NCBI GenBank assembly: GCA_963781885.1
Contig: CAWAHW010000002.1
Location: forward strand, 544,001-608,000
DNA length: 64,000 bases
Direction of reading: 5' to 3'
Source of the DNA: an uncultured Spirochaetota bacterium
GTDB lineage: Bacteria > Spirochaetota > Spirochaetia > SZUA-6 > Fen-1364
Of the stretch, positions 40,080 to 50,155 are shown one piece after another. A model generated the notes under the pieces. It saw only the letters and a list, made by a program, of their open reading frames with translations. It ran no database searches and was not told the DNA's origin. Both the position numbers and the translations under genes were made by a program. How positions within the stretch are numbered: position 1 is the stretch's first letter; every line of letters begins with the position of its first letter.

Positions 40080-42074
40080 CTATTCGAAATGCAGAGCCTG
40101 GATGGGATCCATGCGTGACGCCTTGCGCGCCGGGTAGATCCCGAAGAACAGCCCGACGGCGATCGAGAACCCGATGGCGAGGCCCACGGTGCCGATCGTG
40201 ACGGACACGGCCATGCCGCCGACCTTGCTGATGAGCTGTGCCGCGATTGCTCCCAGTGCCCACCCCAGCAAGCCCCCCAGGCCGGAGAGGATGATCGCCT
40301 CCACGAGGAACTGCGCCATGACGTCCCGCCGCCGCGCCCCGAGCGATTTCCTGATGCCGATCTCGCGCGTGCGCTCCGTGACGGACACGAGCATGATGTT
40401 CATGATGCCGATGCCGCCGACCAGGAGGCTGATTCCGCCGATGGCGCCCAGCAACAGCGTCATGATCTGCGATGTCTCCTGCACGGTCTGGAGCACGTCC
40501 TGCTGCGTGACGATGGAGAAGTCGTCGTCGGCTCCCGGCTGGATGCCGTGCCGGCGTTCCAGAAGCGCCGTGACGTCGGCCTTCACCTGATCGAGGTGGT
40601 CCTTGTCCACCGCGGTCACGCCGATGCTCCGCGTGTCCTTCTGGTGGCGGAATCGGGCGTACATGACGGTGAAGGGGATGATCACCGTGTCGTCCTCGCT
40701 GAAGAACCCACCCCCCGCTCCCTTCTGCTTCAGCACGCCGATGACCTTGAAGCTCACGCCGGCGATCTTGATCGTCTTGCCGACCGGGTCCTCGTCGCCG
40801 AAGAGGTTCGTGACAATGTCGACGCCGATCACCGCCACGGCGCGGCTGGAGCGGTAGTCCTCCTCGGTGAAAAAGGAGCCGTTCTCCACCGTCCAGTTGC
40901 GCACGAGCGAATAGTCGGCAGTGGTCCCGACAACCGATGTCTGCCAGTTGTTCTTCTGATACTTCAGGGTTTCCCGGACGCTCACCTCGGATTCCACGCC
41001 GGAGATGTTCGCCACGCCCGCCTTGATTGCTGTCGCATCATCCACGGTGAGCGTGCTCATGGAGCCGAAACCCGCGCGCACGCCGCCCACCCTTGTGCTG
41101 CCTGGCGTGATGGTGAGGAAGTTGCTGCCCAGGCCCTGGATGCGCTGGGTGACGCCCGCCGTCGCGCCCTGGCCGACGGAGACCATGGCGATCACCGCCC
41201 CGACGCCAATGAGGATGCCCAGAATCGTGAGCACGGCGCGCATCTTGTTCTGGACAAGGGCCCGCGCGGCCGAGCGCACGTTCTCCCAGAGCTCGCCGGG
41301 GCTGAAGACGCCGCGCCTCTTTCTTTCGCCGTGCGCCGTGGCGCGCTGGATCTTGCCCACGTCGATCCCCACGCCCTGGATCTGCTTCGGGTCGGGGATC
41401 GCCTCGTCGGAAACGATCACACCGTCCTTGAACTTCACCAGGCGCCGCGCATAGGCCGCCACGCTCTCCTCGTGCGTCACCATCAGGATCGTGATCCCCG
41501 CGCGGTTGAGGCTCAGGAAGATGTCCATGATCTCGTCGCTCATGCGGCTGTCGAGATTTCCCGTCGGCTCGTCGGCCAGGATCAGCGCGGGCGAGTTCAC
41601 CAACGAGCGCGCAATGGCGACGCGCTGCTGCTCGCCACCGGAGAGCTCGCTGGGAGTGTGGTGCCCCCGCAGGGGAAGGCCCACTGCTTCCAGGAGCGCG
41701 TGCGCGGGGGTGACCCGTCGCCGCTCGCCGGTGTAGATGAGCGGCAGCTCGATGTTGCGCTCCGCGCTGGTGCGCGGCAGGAGGTTGAAGCCCTGGAAGA
41801 CGAAGCCGATGGAGCAGCTCCGCACGGCGGCGAGCTGGTCGTCGTTCATGGTGGACACGTCGGTGCCGTCAAGGACGTAGCTGCCGCTGGTGGGGTGGTC
41901 GAGGCAGCCCAGGAGGTTGAGGAAGGTGCTCTTGCCCGAGCCCGACGGTCCCATGACCGCCACGAACTCCCCCTCCTCCAGGGTGAAGGAGACGCCCTTC
42001 AGCGCCTGAACCTCCACGGTCCCCGTGTCATAGGTCTTTGTCAGGTTCTCGGTCACGATCAAAGGGCGTCCCAT
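40080..42074 (-). CDS. macB: MacB-type ABC exporter (ATPase + permease fusion)
   Basis: GPSGSGKST, LSGGEQQRV, GGIGIMNIMLVSVTERTREIGIR, YPARKAS. Confidence 0.9.
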   Translation of the reverse strand: MGRPLIVTENLTKTYDTGTVEVQALKGVSFTLEEGEFVAVMGPSGSGKSTFLNLLGCLDHPTSGSYVLDGTDVSTMNDDQLAAVRSCSIGFVFQGFNLLPRTSAERNIELPLIYTGERRRVTPAHALLEAVGLPLRGHHTPSELSGGEQQRVAIARSLVNSPALILADEPTGNLDSRMSDEIMDIFLSLNRAGITILMVTHEESVAAYARRLVKFKDGVIVSDEAIPDPKQIQGVGIDVGKIQRATAHGERKRRGVFSPGELWENVRSAARALVQNKMRAVLTILGILIGVGAVIAMVSVGQGATAGVTQRIQGLGSNFLTITPGSTRVGGVRAGFGSMSTLTVDDATAIKAGVANISGVESEVSVRETLKYQKNNWQTSVVGTTADYSLVRNWTVENGSFFTEEDYRSSRAVAVIGVDIVTNLFGDEDPVGKTIKIAGVSFKVIGVLKQKGAGGGFFSEDDTVIIPFTVMYARFRHQKDTRSIGVTAVDKDHLDQVKADVTALLERRHGIQPGADDDFSIVTQQDVLQTVQETSQIMTLLLGAIGGISLLVGGIGIMNIMLVSVTERTREIGIRKSLGARRRDVMAQFLVEAIILSGLGGLLGWALGAIAAQLISKVGGMAVSVTIGTVGLAIGFSIAVGLFFGIYPARKASRMDPIQALHFE

Positions 42075-42084
42075 GTTGCTCTCC

Positions 42085-43426
42085 TCATCTCATCATCGGA
42101 CCGAGGATCCCGCCGAGCCCGCCGTCCGGGGGGCCGCCGGGGCCCCCGGTCTGCTGCGCTGCCTGCGTGCTCGTGCTCGTCGCGGTGCCCGCGCTCTTTT
42201 TCGTCGTGACCACCTCCTGACCCTCGTCGAGTCCCGCGATGATCTGGGTCTTCGACCCGTCGGTTGCGCCGATCTGCACATCCCACGCCACGGCCTTGCC
42301 CCCGTCGATGATCGTCACCGTGCTCTCTCCGTTTGTTGTCTTGATTGCCGAGGCGGGGAGGGTGAGGACGTGGGTGAGGGACACCACGGCGATATCGGCA
42401 TCGGCATTCATGCCCCAGAGGAGCTCGCCATCGGGATTCGGCACCTCGATGGTGGCCGCGAACGTGGAGACATTGCTCGACGTCGTCGCTTTCAGATCCA
42501 TGGACTTCACCCTGCCCCTGAACTCCATGTTGGGAAAGGCAGATTGCGTGACCGAGACCGGCTGTCCGATCTTGACCGAGGGTGCGTCGTTCTCATTCAC
42601 CGCCGCAACGAGCAGCATGGGGCTCGGGTCGATGATGGAGGCAATGGCGGTGCCCGTGGTGACGATATCGCCGACCTCCACGTCGAGCTCCGCGACCGTG
42701 CCTGCCCGGGGTGAGCGGATGACCGTCGAGTCGAGGACGATCTTCGCCACTTGCCGGTTGTAGTCGGCCGTGGCGACCGCCGCCTCCTGTGCCTGCAGGC
42801 TTGCCGCGGTCGATTGGGCCTTCACGTTCGCGTAGGAAAGACGGGCGGATTCACATTCGGCCTTTGCCGTGGCGAGCGCCCGTTCCGCTTGCGTGAGCGT
42901 GCTCTTTGCCGCAAGTCCTTTGTCCGTCAACGCCTTCGTGCTGTCGTAGCTTTCCTGCGCGCTCGCCTCGGCGGCCTCTGCCGTTGCGAGCGTTGCCTCT
43001 GCCGCCGCGAGGTCCAGGCCCGCGGGCTTCGCCTCAAGGTTCGACAAGCGCGGCACGCTGCGACTGGTACGTCGCCTCGGCGCTCTTGAGGGCAAGATCG
43101 AGACCCGTGGGATCGATCTCCGCAATCGGCTGGTCCGCGGCCACCTTTTGGCCGACGGCGACGAACAGCCTCACGATCTTGCGCGTCGGCATATTGGAGT
43201 CGGGCCGTATGGTGATGCGGGTGGCCGGCTCGAGCTGACCCGATGCGCTCACCGTGGTCTGGATGTCCCCCCGCGTGACCTTGACCGTCGACACGGCAGC
43301 CTGCGTCGACCCGGTCTTCGCCGCGCCTGTGGAAGGGAAGAGCGTTCCCCGCAAGAACCAGAGTCCCACCCCTGCCACGACCAGTACGCAGGCCGCGATC
43401 AGAAGCCCCTTACCCCGCTTTTTCAT
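42085..43426 (-). CDS. Efflux periplasmic adaptor (MacA/HlyD-like), frameshift near 43050
   Basis: N-terminal TM and lipoyl half in ORF 43034-43426; coiled coil, IRSPRAGTV and beta-barrel in ORF 42085-43125. Confidence 0.85.
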
Positions 43427-43444
43427 GATTTCCTCCTTGATGAT

Positions 43445-44866
43445 CTAGTTTCCCAGCGCCGCATCCAGGGCGAGCGCGGCCAGCTGCGCGTCGCTCTTCG
43501 CATTGGCCAGGTTGACCTGCGCCGTGGTCAACGCCACGGAAGCAGTCAGGACGTCCAGGTTGGAAAGCACGCCGTTGGCGAACCGGAGCTGGGCAAGGTC
43601 GTCCTGGCTCTGCGCCAGCTCCATGCTCGCCTGCGCGAGATCCGCGCGGGCCCGCAGGTCGCGCAGCGACGAGACGGCGTTCTTCACGCCCGTGCTGATG
43701 CTGGCAACGAGCTTGTCCTGCTGGATCTTCAGCGCCTGATTCTGAAGCTGCGCTTGTTGCACCGCCGCTGCTGTGGCCCCCGCATCCAGGATGGGAAGGC
43801 TTAAGGTAAGCGCCGCCCCCCAGCCCGTGCTCGTGGAGACAGGGCTCGCCCAGCTCATGTTGAAATCCACCGACCCGTTGGCTTTCACGACCAGCGCGCC
43901 CTGGGCCTTCGCACGTGCTACGGAGATGTCAGCGGACGCGATGTTGAGCGCCGACTGCTTCAGCTCCGATCGCTGCGCCAGCGCCTTCTTCACCGCCTCC
44001 GCGACGTCCATCGTGGGAACGGCCACGTCCCCCACCTCGGCAACGTCGTACTGCCGATCGAGCGGCCAGCCCACGACGGCGGACAGGAGCTCGCGGTCGA
44101 TGCCCAGCGTGTCCTGCGCCTTCTGCAGGTCGAGGTCCGCCTGGGTCCGGTTGATCTGGGCCTGCCTCAGGTCGATCTGGCTGGCGCTCTGCGCGTCGTA
44201 GAGCGCCTGGGTCTTTCGGAGCTCTTCCACCCGCTGCGCGAGTGACTTTTTCAGTATGTCGATCTGCCTCTGCTGGGCGAGCAGCGTGTAGTAGGCCTGC
44301 TTCACCTGATAGACGATCGTCTTCTGGTTTGCATCCTCGCTGGACTGCGTGACCTGCAGGGCAAGGGAAGCCTGCTGGACGGTGGCGCTGCCGCTGCCCC
44401 TGGGGTAGCCATCCCAGAGGGTCGTGCTCGCTCCCAGGTGCAGCGTCGTGGACTGGTCGAGCGCGGAATCTTCCAGCAGCGTCTGCGACACGCTGGCGCT
44501 CAATGTGGAAGAGAGGGGGGCGCTCGCGGCGACGCCTGCATCCGCCGTGTCGTACGGGCTGCCGGCGATCGTGCCGTTGCTGCGCGTGGTGCCGGCTTCG
44601 GAATGGCTCACGCCGCCGGTTCCGCTGAGGCTGAACGAGTTTGCGGCGGCCGCGGCGTCGTATGTCGCCTGCGCGCTGCCCCGGGCAGCGCGGGAAGCCC
44701 TGATATCGGGTCCGTTGGCAAGCGCCTGATCGACGCACTGGGTGAGGGTCAGGCTGTCCGCGAATATCGGAAGGGAGAAGAAGAGCATCAGGACGACCAC
44801 GAGAGTCGTGACCCTCACCCCCTGCGTCGAGCGTGCGGTGAAGAGACCATGTGTCGTCTTCGTCAT
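43445..44866 (-). CDS. TolC family outer-membrane efflux protein
   Basis: Signal peptide, LTLTQCVDQALAN, VKQAYY, LSLPILDAG, RFANG repeats. Confidence 0.9.
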   Translation of the reverse strand: MTKTTHGLFTARSTQGVRVTTLVVVLMLFFSLPIFADSLTLTQCVDQALANGPDIRASRAARGSAQATYDAAAAANSFSLSGTGGVSHSEAGTTRSNGTIAGSPYDTADAGVAASAPLSSTLSASVSQTLLEDSALDQSTTLHLGASTTLWDGYPRGSGSATVQQASLALQVTQSSEDANQKTIVYQVKQAYYTLLAQQRQIDILKKSLAQRVEELRKTQALYDAQSASQIDLRQAQINRTQADLDLQKAQDTLGIDRELLSAVVGWPLDRQYDVAEVGDVAVPTMDVAEAVKKALAQRSELKQSALNIASADISVARAKAQGALVVKANGSVDFNMSWASPVSTSTGWGAALTLSLPILDAGATAAAVQQAQLQNQALKIQQDKLVASISTGVKNAVSSLRDLRARADLAQASMELAQSQDDLAQLRFANGVLSNLDVLTASVALTTAQVNLANAKSDAQLAALALDAALGN

Positions 44867-44899
44867 GGTCAGAATGTAGCGGGGTCGTTTCCAGAGTTG

Positions 44900-44949
44900 A
44901 TGAAGTCGGGGCAAAAGCTCTGTGAAACCCGGGTAAAGACTTCGTAAAC
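44900..44949. promoter_or_regulatory. 11-bp-periodic GTAAA-like repeats, putative OmpR/CpxR-type binding array
   Basis: ATGAAG 44900, GCAAAA 44911, GTGAAA 44922, GTAAAG 44933, GTAAAC 44944. Confidence 0.6.
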
Positions 44950-45008
44950 TGTGCAAAACCACGGCCCCATGCCCTTGCGCATCGAGCCCTCGAGGGTACA
45001 TTGGGACC

Positions 45009-46778
45009 ATGACGAAAGGGGTCATGCAGCGGTCCGCGCCGATCCTCATCGCGATTCTCCTGCTGGCAGGAGGCGCCACGCTCGGCGTGCTGCAGGTGCG
45101 CTGGGTCGGCATCGCCTCCCGCGCGGAGGAGGAGCGCCTCCGTCGCGCGCTGGAGCTCGGGGCTGTACAGACGGCAGGGGATGCGGAGGAAGAGGTCCGG
45201 GTCATCCTGTCCCTGACGCGGATCTCTGCCGCCGACTTTGAGACGCAGAGCTGGAGCCAGATCGAGGCGGGCCTGGGCCTCTGGTACGCAAACGCCCGTT
45301 TCCCCGATCTGTTGCGCGCCTTCTCGATCGTGACCGACTCTCCTGCATCGGCGGTGCGCACCTATTCCCGGACCCAGGCCCGGCTGGTTGCCTCGGTGTT
45401 GCCCGCCGATGTCATGAAGGTGCTTTCCGAGGCGCAGTCCGCCGGAGCACGGTCCAACGGAGGGCAGCGATCGTGGCCTTCCGTCATGCTCGAGGCGAAC
45501 AGACGCATCATCGCGCTTCCCGTACCCGGCGCGGACAACCAGGGCGCCGCGTCAGCGGGTTTCGTCATCATCGAGCTGGACACGAGCGTGTTCTACGAAA
45601 AGGTCCTGCCGTACTTCGTCGCCGTCGACCTTGGTGATTTCCTCTATAGAATCGTTGCGTCGGACAAGACGGTTCTCGCGGAGTCCAGCGGCCCTTTCAC
45701 CAACCGGCAGCCCGAGACCGCCGTGGGCGTGAGCAGCCTGCCCGTGCTGGGGGGGCCCTTTCACGGGCAGGTGCCCGCCGCCCCCGGCGCGGGCTCGAAC
45801 GGCTCAATTTCCGTCGACCCTCTCCTCCAGTTGTGGCTGGAGAGGGCCTCGGGAGCCCAAAGCGCCCGGGTCATGCCGCCGGACATCGGATTCTCTAGTG
45901 ATGCGGAGGCCACCCTCCAGGTCTTCTACCCAAAGGCGAGCCTCGATGCCACGATGAAGCTGCGCCAGGCGCTCAACATCAGTATCAGCCTCGGCATCCT
46001 GTCCCTGCTCATCGTGAGCATGCTCGTGCTCTGGCGCCTGTACCGGCGGAGCCTCAGCCTCCGCGCGAGCGAGCAGGAATTCGTCGCCTCCATCAGTCAC
46101 GAGCTGCGCACCCCCATCTCCGTCATCCAGGCGACGTCGCAGAACCTTGCGCGCGGCGTGGTGAGCGACCCCGCCCGACAGCAGCGCTACGCGGAGGTGA
46201 TTCATGGCCAGATCAGGAGGCTGTCGGGCATGGTGGAAAGCATCCTCCTCTACGCCGGGCTCCAGTCGGGCAGAGGGCGGCCGCCCGGCCTGTCCGACAT
46301 CGACCTCCCCACATTCGTTCAGGACCTCTTTCAGCCCCTGTGGTACCTGGCCCAGGAGCGGGGCTCCCGGGTGAAGCTGGATACCGCGGGCATGCCGGCC
46401 CGCATCTGCTCCGACCGCGTGGCAATCGGGTTGATACTGGAGAACCTCGTGGTGAATGCCATCCGGCATGCGGATCCGGGCGAGATACGGGTGAGCATCA
46501 CGGCGACGGAGGGACGCATCCTGGTGATCGCAGTTGAGGACGATGGACCCGGTATCCCGGCGCGCGAGCAGTCCCGTGTCTTCGAGCCGTTCACGCGCGG
46601 AGAGCGCAGCGTGCGCGACCAGAAGCCGGGAAGCGGTCTCGGGCTGCATCTGGTCAAGCGCGTCACCGCGCTCCTGGGGGGGAAGGTGAGCCTCCAGAGC
46701 CCGTACCGGTCGGGAGCGCAGGGCGGGTGCAGATTCGTGGTGAGCCTGCCGTTCGAGGAGCCGAGCCGTGGCGACTAG
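45009..46778 (+). CDS. Sensor histidine kinase
   Basis: Two TMs, SHELRTP H-box, NLVVNA, DDGPGI, GSGLGL. Confidence 0.95.
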   Translation: MTKGVMQRSAPILIAILLLAGGATLGVLQVRWVGIASRAEEERLRRALELGAVQTAGDAEEEVRVILSLTRISAADFETQSWSQIEAGLGLWYANARFPDLLRAFSIVTDSPASAVRTYSRTQARLVASVLPADVMKVLSEAQSAGARSNGGQRSWPSVMLEANRRIIALPVPGADNQGAASAGFVIIELDTSVFYEKVLPYFVAVDLGDFLYRIVASDKTVLAESSGPFTNRQPETAVGVSSLPVLGGPFHGQVPAAPGAGSNGSISVDPLLQLWLERASGAQSARVMPPDIGFSSDAEATLQVFYPKASLDATMKLRQALNISISLGILSLLIVSMLVLWRLYRRSLSLRASEQEFVASISHELRTPISVIQATSQNLARGVVSDPARQQRYAEVIHGQIRRLSGMVESILLYAGLQSGRGRPPGLSDIDLPTFVQDLFQPLWYLAQERGSRVKLDTAGMPARICSDRVAIGLILENLVVNAIRHADPGEIRVSITATEGRILVIAVEDDGPGIPAREQSRVFEPFTRGERSVRDQKPGSGLGLHLVKRVTALLGGKVSLQSPYRSGAQGGCRFVVSLPFEEPSRGD

Positions 46779-47544
46779 GAAACCTGCAACCCGCCGCCCC
46801 GCGGCGACCGCGAAAAGGCCGGCGCGGCCGCGCGCACGCATCCTCGTGGTCGAAGACGAGGAAGGCCTGGTGCTCGCCCTGGAGGATGCCCTCCGCGGCG
46901 AGGGCTTCGAGGTGCGCGCCGCCACGGACGGCGTGAGCGGCCAGCGCGAGGCATCGACGGGCCGCCACGACCTTCTCATCCTCGACGTGATGCTCCCCGG
47001 CCGCGACGGATTCCAGGTCTGCCAGAACCTTCGCGCCGAGGGCGTCCGGATTCCCATCCTCATGCTGACGGCGCGCGGCACGACGATCGACATCGTCATG
47101 GGACTGCGCCTCGGCGCAGATGACTACCTCACGAAGCCCTTCGATACGCAGGTGCTCCTGGCGCGCGTCCAGGCGCTGCTCCGCCGCTCCACGGGTGCCG
47201 CGATGCCTTCCGGCGGGGAGGCGGAAGGCGCTGCCGAACCGGGCGTGCTGCGCTTCGGGGAGTTCAGCCTCGACACCGAGCGCATGCAGCTCCTCCGCGG
47301 CAACGAGCTGATTCCCCTCAACGTGCAGGAGTTCCGCCTCCTTGTCGTTTTTCTCCGGCACCCTGACCGTGTGCTGAGCAGGGACACGCTTCTTTCAGAA
47401 GCATGGGGCTACGACGCGGAAACGACGACGCGGACCGTGGACGTGCATATTGGATGGCTGCGGCAGAAGCTCGGGGAAAAGGATTTCCCCCGGCACCTCA
47501 TTACGGTGCGCGGCTTCGGCTACAAGCTCATTCTGAACCCGTGA
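46768..47544 (+). CDS. OmpR-family response regulator
   Basis: VEDE, LDVMLP, GADDYLTKPF, TRTVDVHI, TVRGFGY. Confidence 0.95.
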   Translation: MATRKPATRRPAATAKRPARPRARILVVEDEEGLVLALEDALRGEGFEVRAATDGVSGQREASTGRHDLLILDVMLPGRDGFQVCQNLRAEGVRIPILMLTARGTTIDIVMGLRLGADDYLTKPFDTQVLLARVQALLRRSTGAAMPSGGEAEGAAEPGVLRFGEFSLDTERMQLLRGNELIPLNVQEFRLLVVFLRHPDRVLSRDTLLSEAWGYDAETTTRTVDVHIGWLRQKLGEKDFPRHLITVRGFGYKLILNP

Positions 47545-47587
47545 CCGCCGGAGAGCGCGCCGGCGGCGGCCGGAGGTTCCTGACGCC

Positions 47588-48127
47588 ATGATCGCGCCTG
47601 TTCTCACAATCGCCTCCATCCTCGCGGGCTTCTACCTCGTCTTCTACGTCTTTTTTCCGCTCGGGCGGGGTGCCATCTACTTTCCCAGCACCCCCGAGAA
47701 GACCCTCCTCTTCGTGACACTGTTGCGGGTCTTGCCCGGGGAGAGGGCCGCGGACCTGGGCGCAGGAGACGGACGGGTCGTCATTGCGCTCGCGCAAAGC
47801 GGCGCCGAGGCGCATGGATTCGAGATAAACCCGGCCCTTGTGCTCATTGCGAAGCGGAACATCCGCCGCGCCGGTCTGCGCGGCAGGGCCTTCATCCACT
47901 GGAGGAGCTTCTGGCGCGCGGACCTTTCACGATTCGACGTGCTCACCGTCTTTCAGGGAAGCTTCATCATGAAGAGACTGGAGGCCAAGGTTCGCAGGGA
48001 GCTCTCACCCGGGGCGCGCATCGTCTCCGACTACTGGGGCTTTCCCACCATGGCACCGGAGAGCCTTCACGACACGGTCGTCTGCTATCGGATCCCCGAC
48101 GCCCCGTCAGCTACAGGACGCGGTTGA
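47588..48127 (+). CDS. Membrane-anchored class I SAM-dependent methyltransferase
   Basis: N-terminal TM, GAIYFPS, DLGAGDGRVV, GFEINP. Confidence 0.85.
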   Translation: MIAPVLTIASILAGFYLVFYVFFPLGRGAIYFPSTPEKTLLFVTLLRVLPGERAADLGAGDGRVVIALAQSGAEAHGFEINPALVLIAKRNIRRAGLRGRAFIHWRSFWRADLSRFDVLTVFQGSFIMKRLEAKVRRELSPGARIVSDYWGFPTMAPESLHDTVVCYRIPDAPSATGRG

Positions 48128-49125
48128 ACCACGACAACGAGAGCAGCGCCATCATGAGCAGCAGGCCGCAGGCCACCGCCGTGAGGAGCGCGGTGATCTC
48201 CGTCTGCGACTTTTCCAGCTCCAGCCGCGAGCCGAGCGACCGGTAGATGCTGCGAAGCTCCCCGGCGCTGCTCGCCTTGTAGTAGCTGCCACCGGTGATC
48301 AGGGCGATCTTTCGAAGCGTCGGCTCGTCCAGGATGGCGTGAAACGAGAATCCTTCGAAACCGACCATGGCGCCTCCACGGGTGCCGACCCCGACGGTGA
48401 AAACGCGCACCCCGAGATTGGCCGCTTGCTCGGCCGCGTCGAGAGGGTCCGGACCCTGGTTGCTCTGGCCGTCGCTCAGGAGGACGATTGCCGCGCTCCT
48501 GTCGCTGCCGGGCGCGACGGCCGGTGTCTGCTGATCCGTCGCGGCGACCAGCGGCGCGTCCGCCGAATCCGCCGCATCGCTCGAAGGCTTTGGGAAAAGC
48601 GCCTCCAGCGCGGTGATGATCCCGCTCCCGATCGCCGTGAACATCTGCGGACGCAGCCTGTCGATGCCCTCCAGGACCTGTGTCTTGTCCGTGGTCGGCG
48701 GCTGGACGAGGAACGCCGATCCGCTGAAGGCGACGATGCCGACGCGCACGCCGCGCGGCTCGCCATTCACGAACGACGTTGCGGCATCCTTCACGGCTTC
48801 CATGCGGTTGGGCCTGATGTCCCTCGCCCTCATGCTCCCCGACACGTCGATCGACAGGATCACGGTCCCCCGGTTCGCGGGCAGCGTGATGGTCAGGGAG
48901 GGCCGCGACAGGGCAAGGATGCCGACCGTCACGCCAAGCAGGAACAGCACGGGAGGCGCGTGCCGGCGGAATCCGGGTCCCCGTCCCTGCGCGTCCTTCA
49001 CATCGGCAAATGTCGCATGGCGCCGCGCGATCCTTGCCCGACGTCTGCCGGGCAAGCAGATAGGCAATGACCAGGACGGGAATGAGCGCGAGCAGCCAGA
49101 GCATCCCGGGCCACGCGAAAGTCAT
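48111..49125 (-). CDS. VWA-domain membrane protein (BatA-like), frameshift near 49060
   Basis: MTFAWPGMLWLL start, MIDAS DVSGSM, TAIG, LLSDG, C-terminal TM. Confidence 0.88.
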
Positions 49126-49240
49126 GTCCCTCAAAAATACTTCGCCGGTGCGGAAATGGCAGGAAAGAAGAGCAAGTCACCACCGCGCGGGCAGGCTCAC
49201 GTGAAGACGGTGCGCCCCGGTCCGCGGGATCCGGGACGCG

Positions 49241-50038
49241 TCAGGCCTTGAGAGGTTTCAGGGCGCTGCGCACCGTCGAGGCGATGATGGCCGCTGCCAC
49301 CACCACGCCGCAGGCGACCGCCGCCACGAACACTACGTGGCTTGCAGGGGTCGCGTCAGCCGATCGCTTCAGGACGATTCCCGCCAGAGCCCAAAGCACC
49401 ACCAGACTGTAGCCCACGTCCCGCCGGGTCGCCAGGACTGCAACCGTGATGAGGGCCGCCACGATAATCACCGCAACCGTCCATACCTCCGGCCGCAGGC
49501 CGAAACCGTTCCAGCCCGCCTTCACCAGGAAAGCCGTCACGTCGGCAATCGTCGCAACGGTTATCCATCCGAGGTAGATGCTGAAGGGCACTCGGAAGAA
49601 CCACCTCTCCGCTCCGCCGGCGCGCGTGCGGCCCGTCCGCAGCCTCACGTAGACGGCGAGCAGCGACGCAAGGATCACCAGCATCGCCAGGACCGACACC
49701 CCGACCAACTGATAGTGCCACAGCAGAAGCCATGCGACATTGGCAGCCGATGACAGAGCAAACAGCCAGCCGATCTGCCGGGTCCCCTCGGGGACGGCCT
49801 GGCCGGCAGAAAACAGGCCGCGCGCCTGCGCAATCGTGAAAAGCAGGAGCAGGAGGTAGATCACGCCCCAGATCGAGAAAGTAAGCCCCGCGGGCACAAA
49901 GAGATTGGGGATGCTATCAGAGAGCGCGCCGGTGAGCCGACCGTTGATTCCGACCGTCGATGCGAGCGTGTTCACGACGAGGACAGCCAGGAAAGAGATG
50001 ATGTTGACAACCTGAATGATCTTCATGTTCGTTTTCAT
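49241..50038 (-). CDS. TspO/MBR-like tryptophan-rich membrane protein
   Basis: PAGLTFSIWGVIY, NVAWLLLW, PFSIYLGWITVA. Confidence 0.8.
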   Translation of the reverse strand: MKTNMKIIQVVNIISFLAVLVVNTLASTVGINGRLTGALSDSIPNLFVPAGLTFSIWGVIYLLLLLFTIAQARGLFSAGQAVPEGTRQIGWLFALSSAANVAWLLLWHYQLVGVSVLAMLVILASLLAVYVRLRTGRTRAGGAERWFFRVPFSIYLGWITVATIADVTAFLVKAGWNGFGLRPEVWTVAVIIVAALITVAVLATRRDVGYSLVVLWALAGIVLKRSADATPASHVVFVAAVACGVVVAAAIIASTVRSALKPLKA

Positions 50039-50155
50039 GTCTCGAGAATACCATTGCCGTCCCGTTTCGGGCACTCCAAATCCGGCCCGGGTGAGAAAGG
50101 CGGCGTCAGCGCCGCCGATGCTTCCCGGGCCAAACGAGCCGTGATCCGCAGACGC

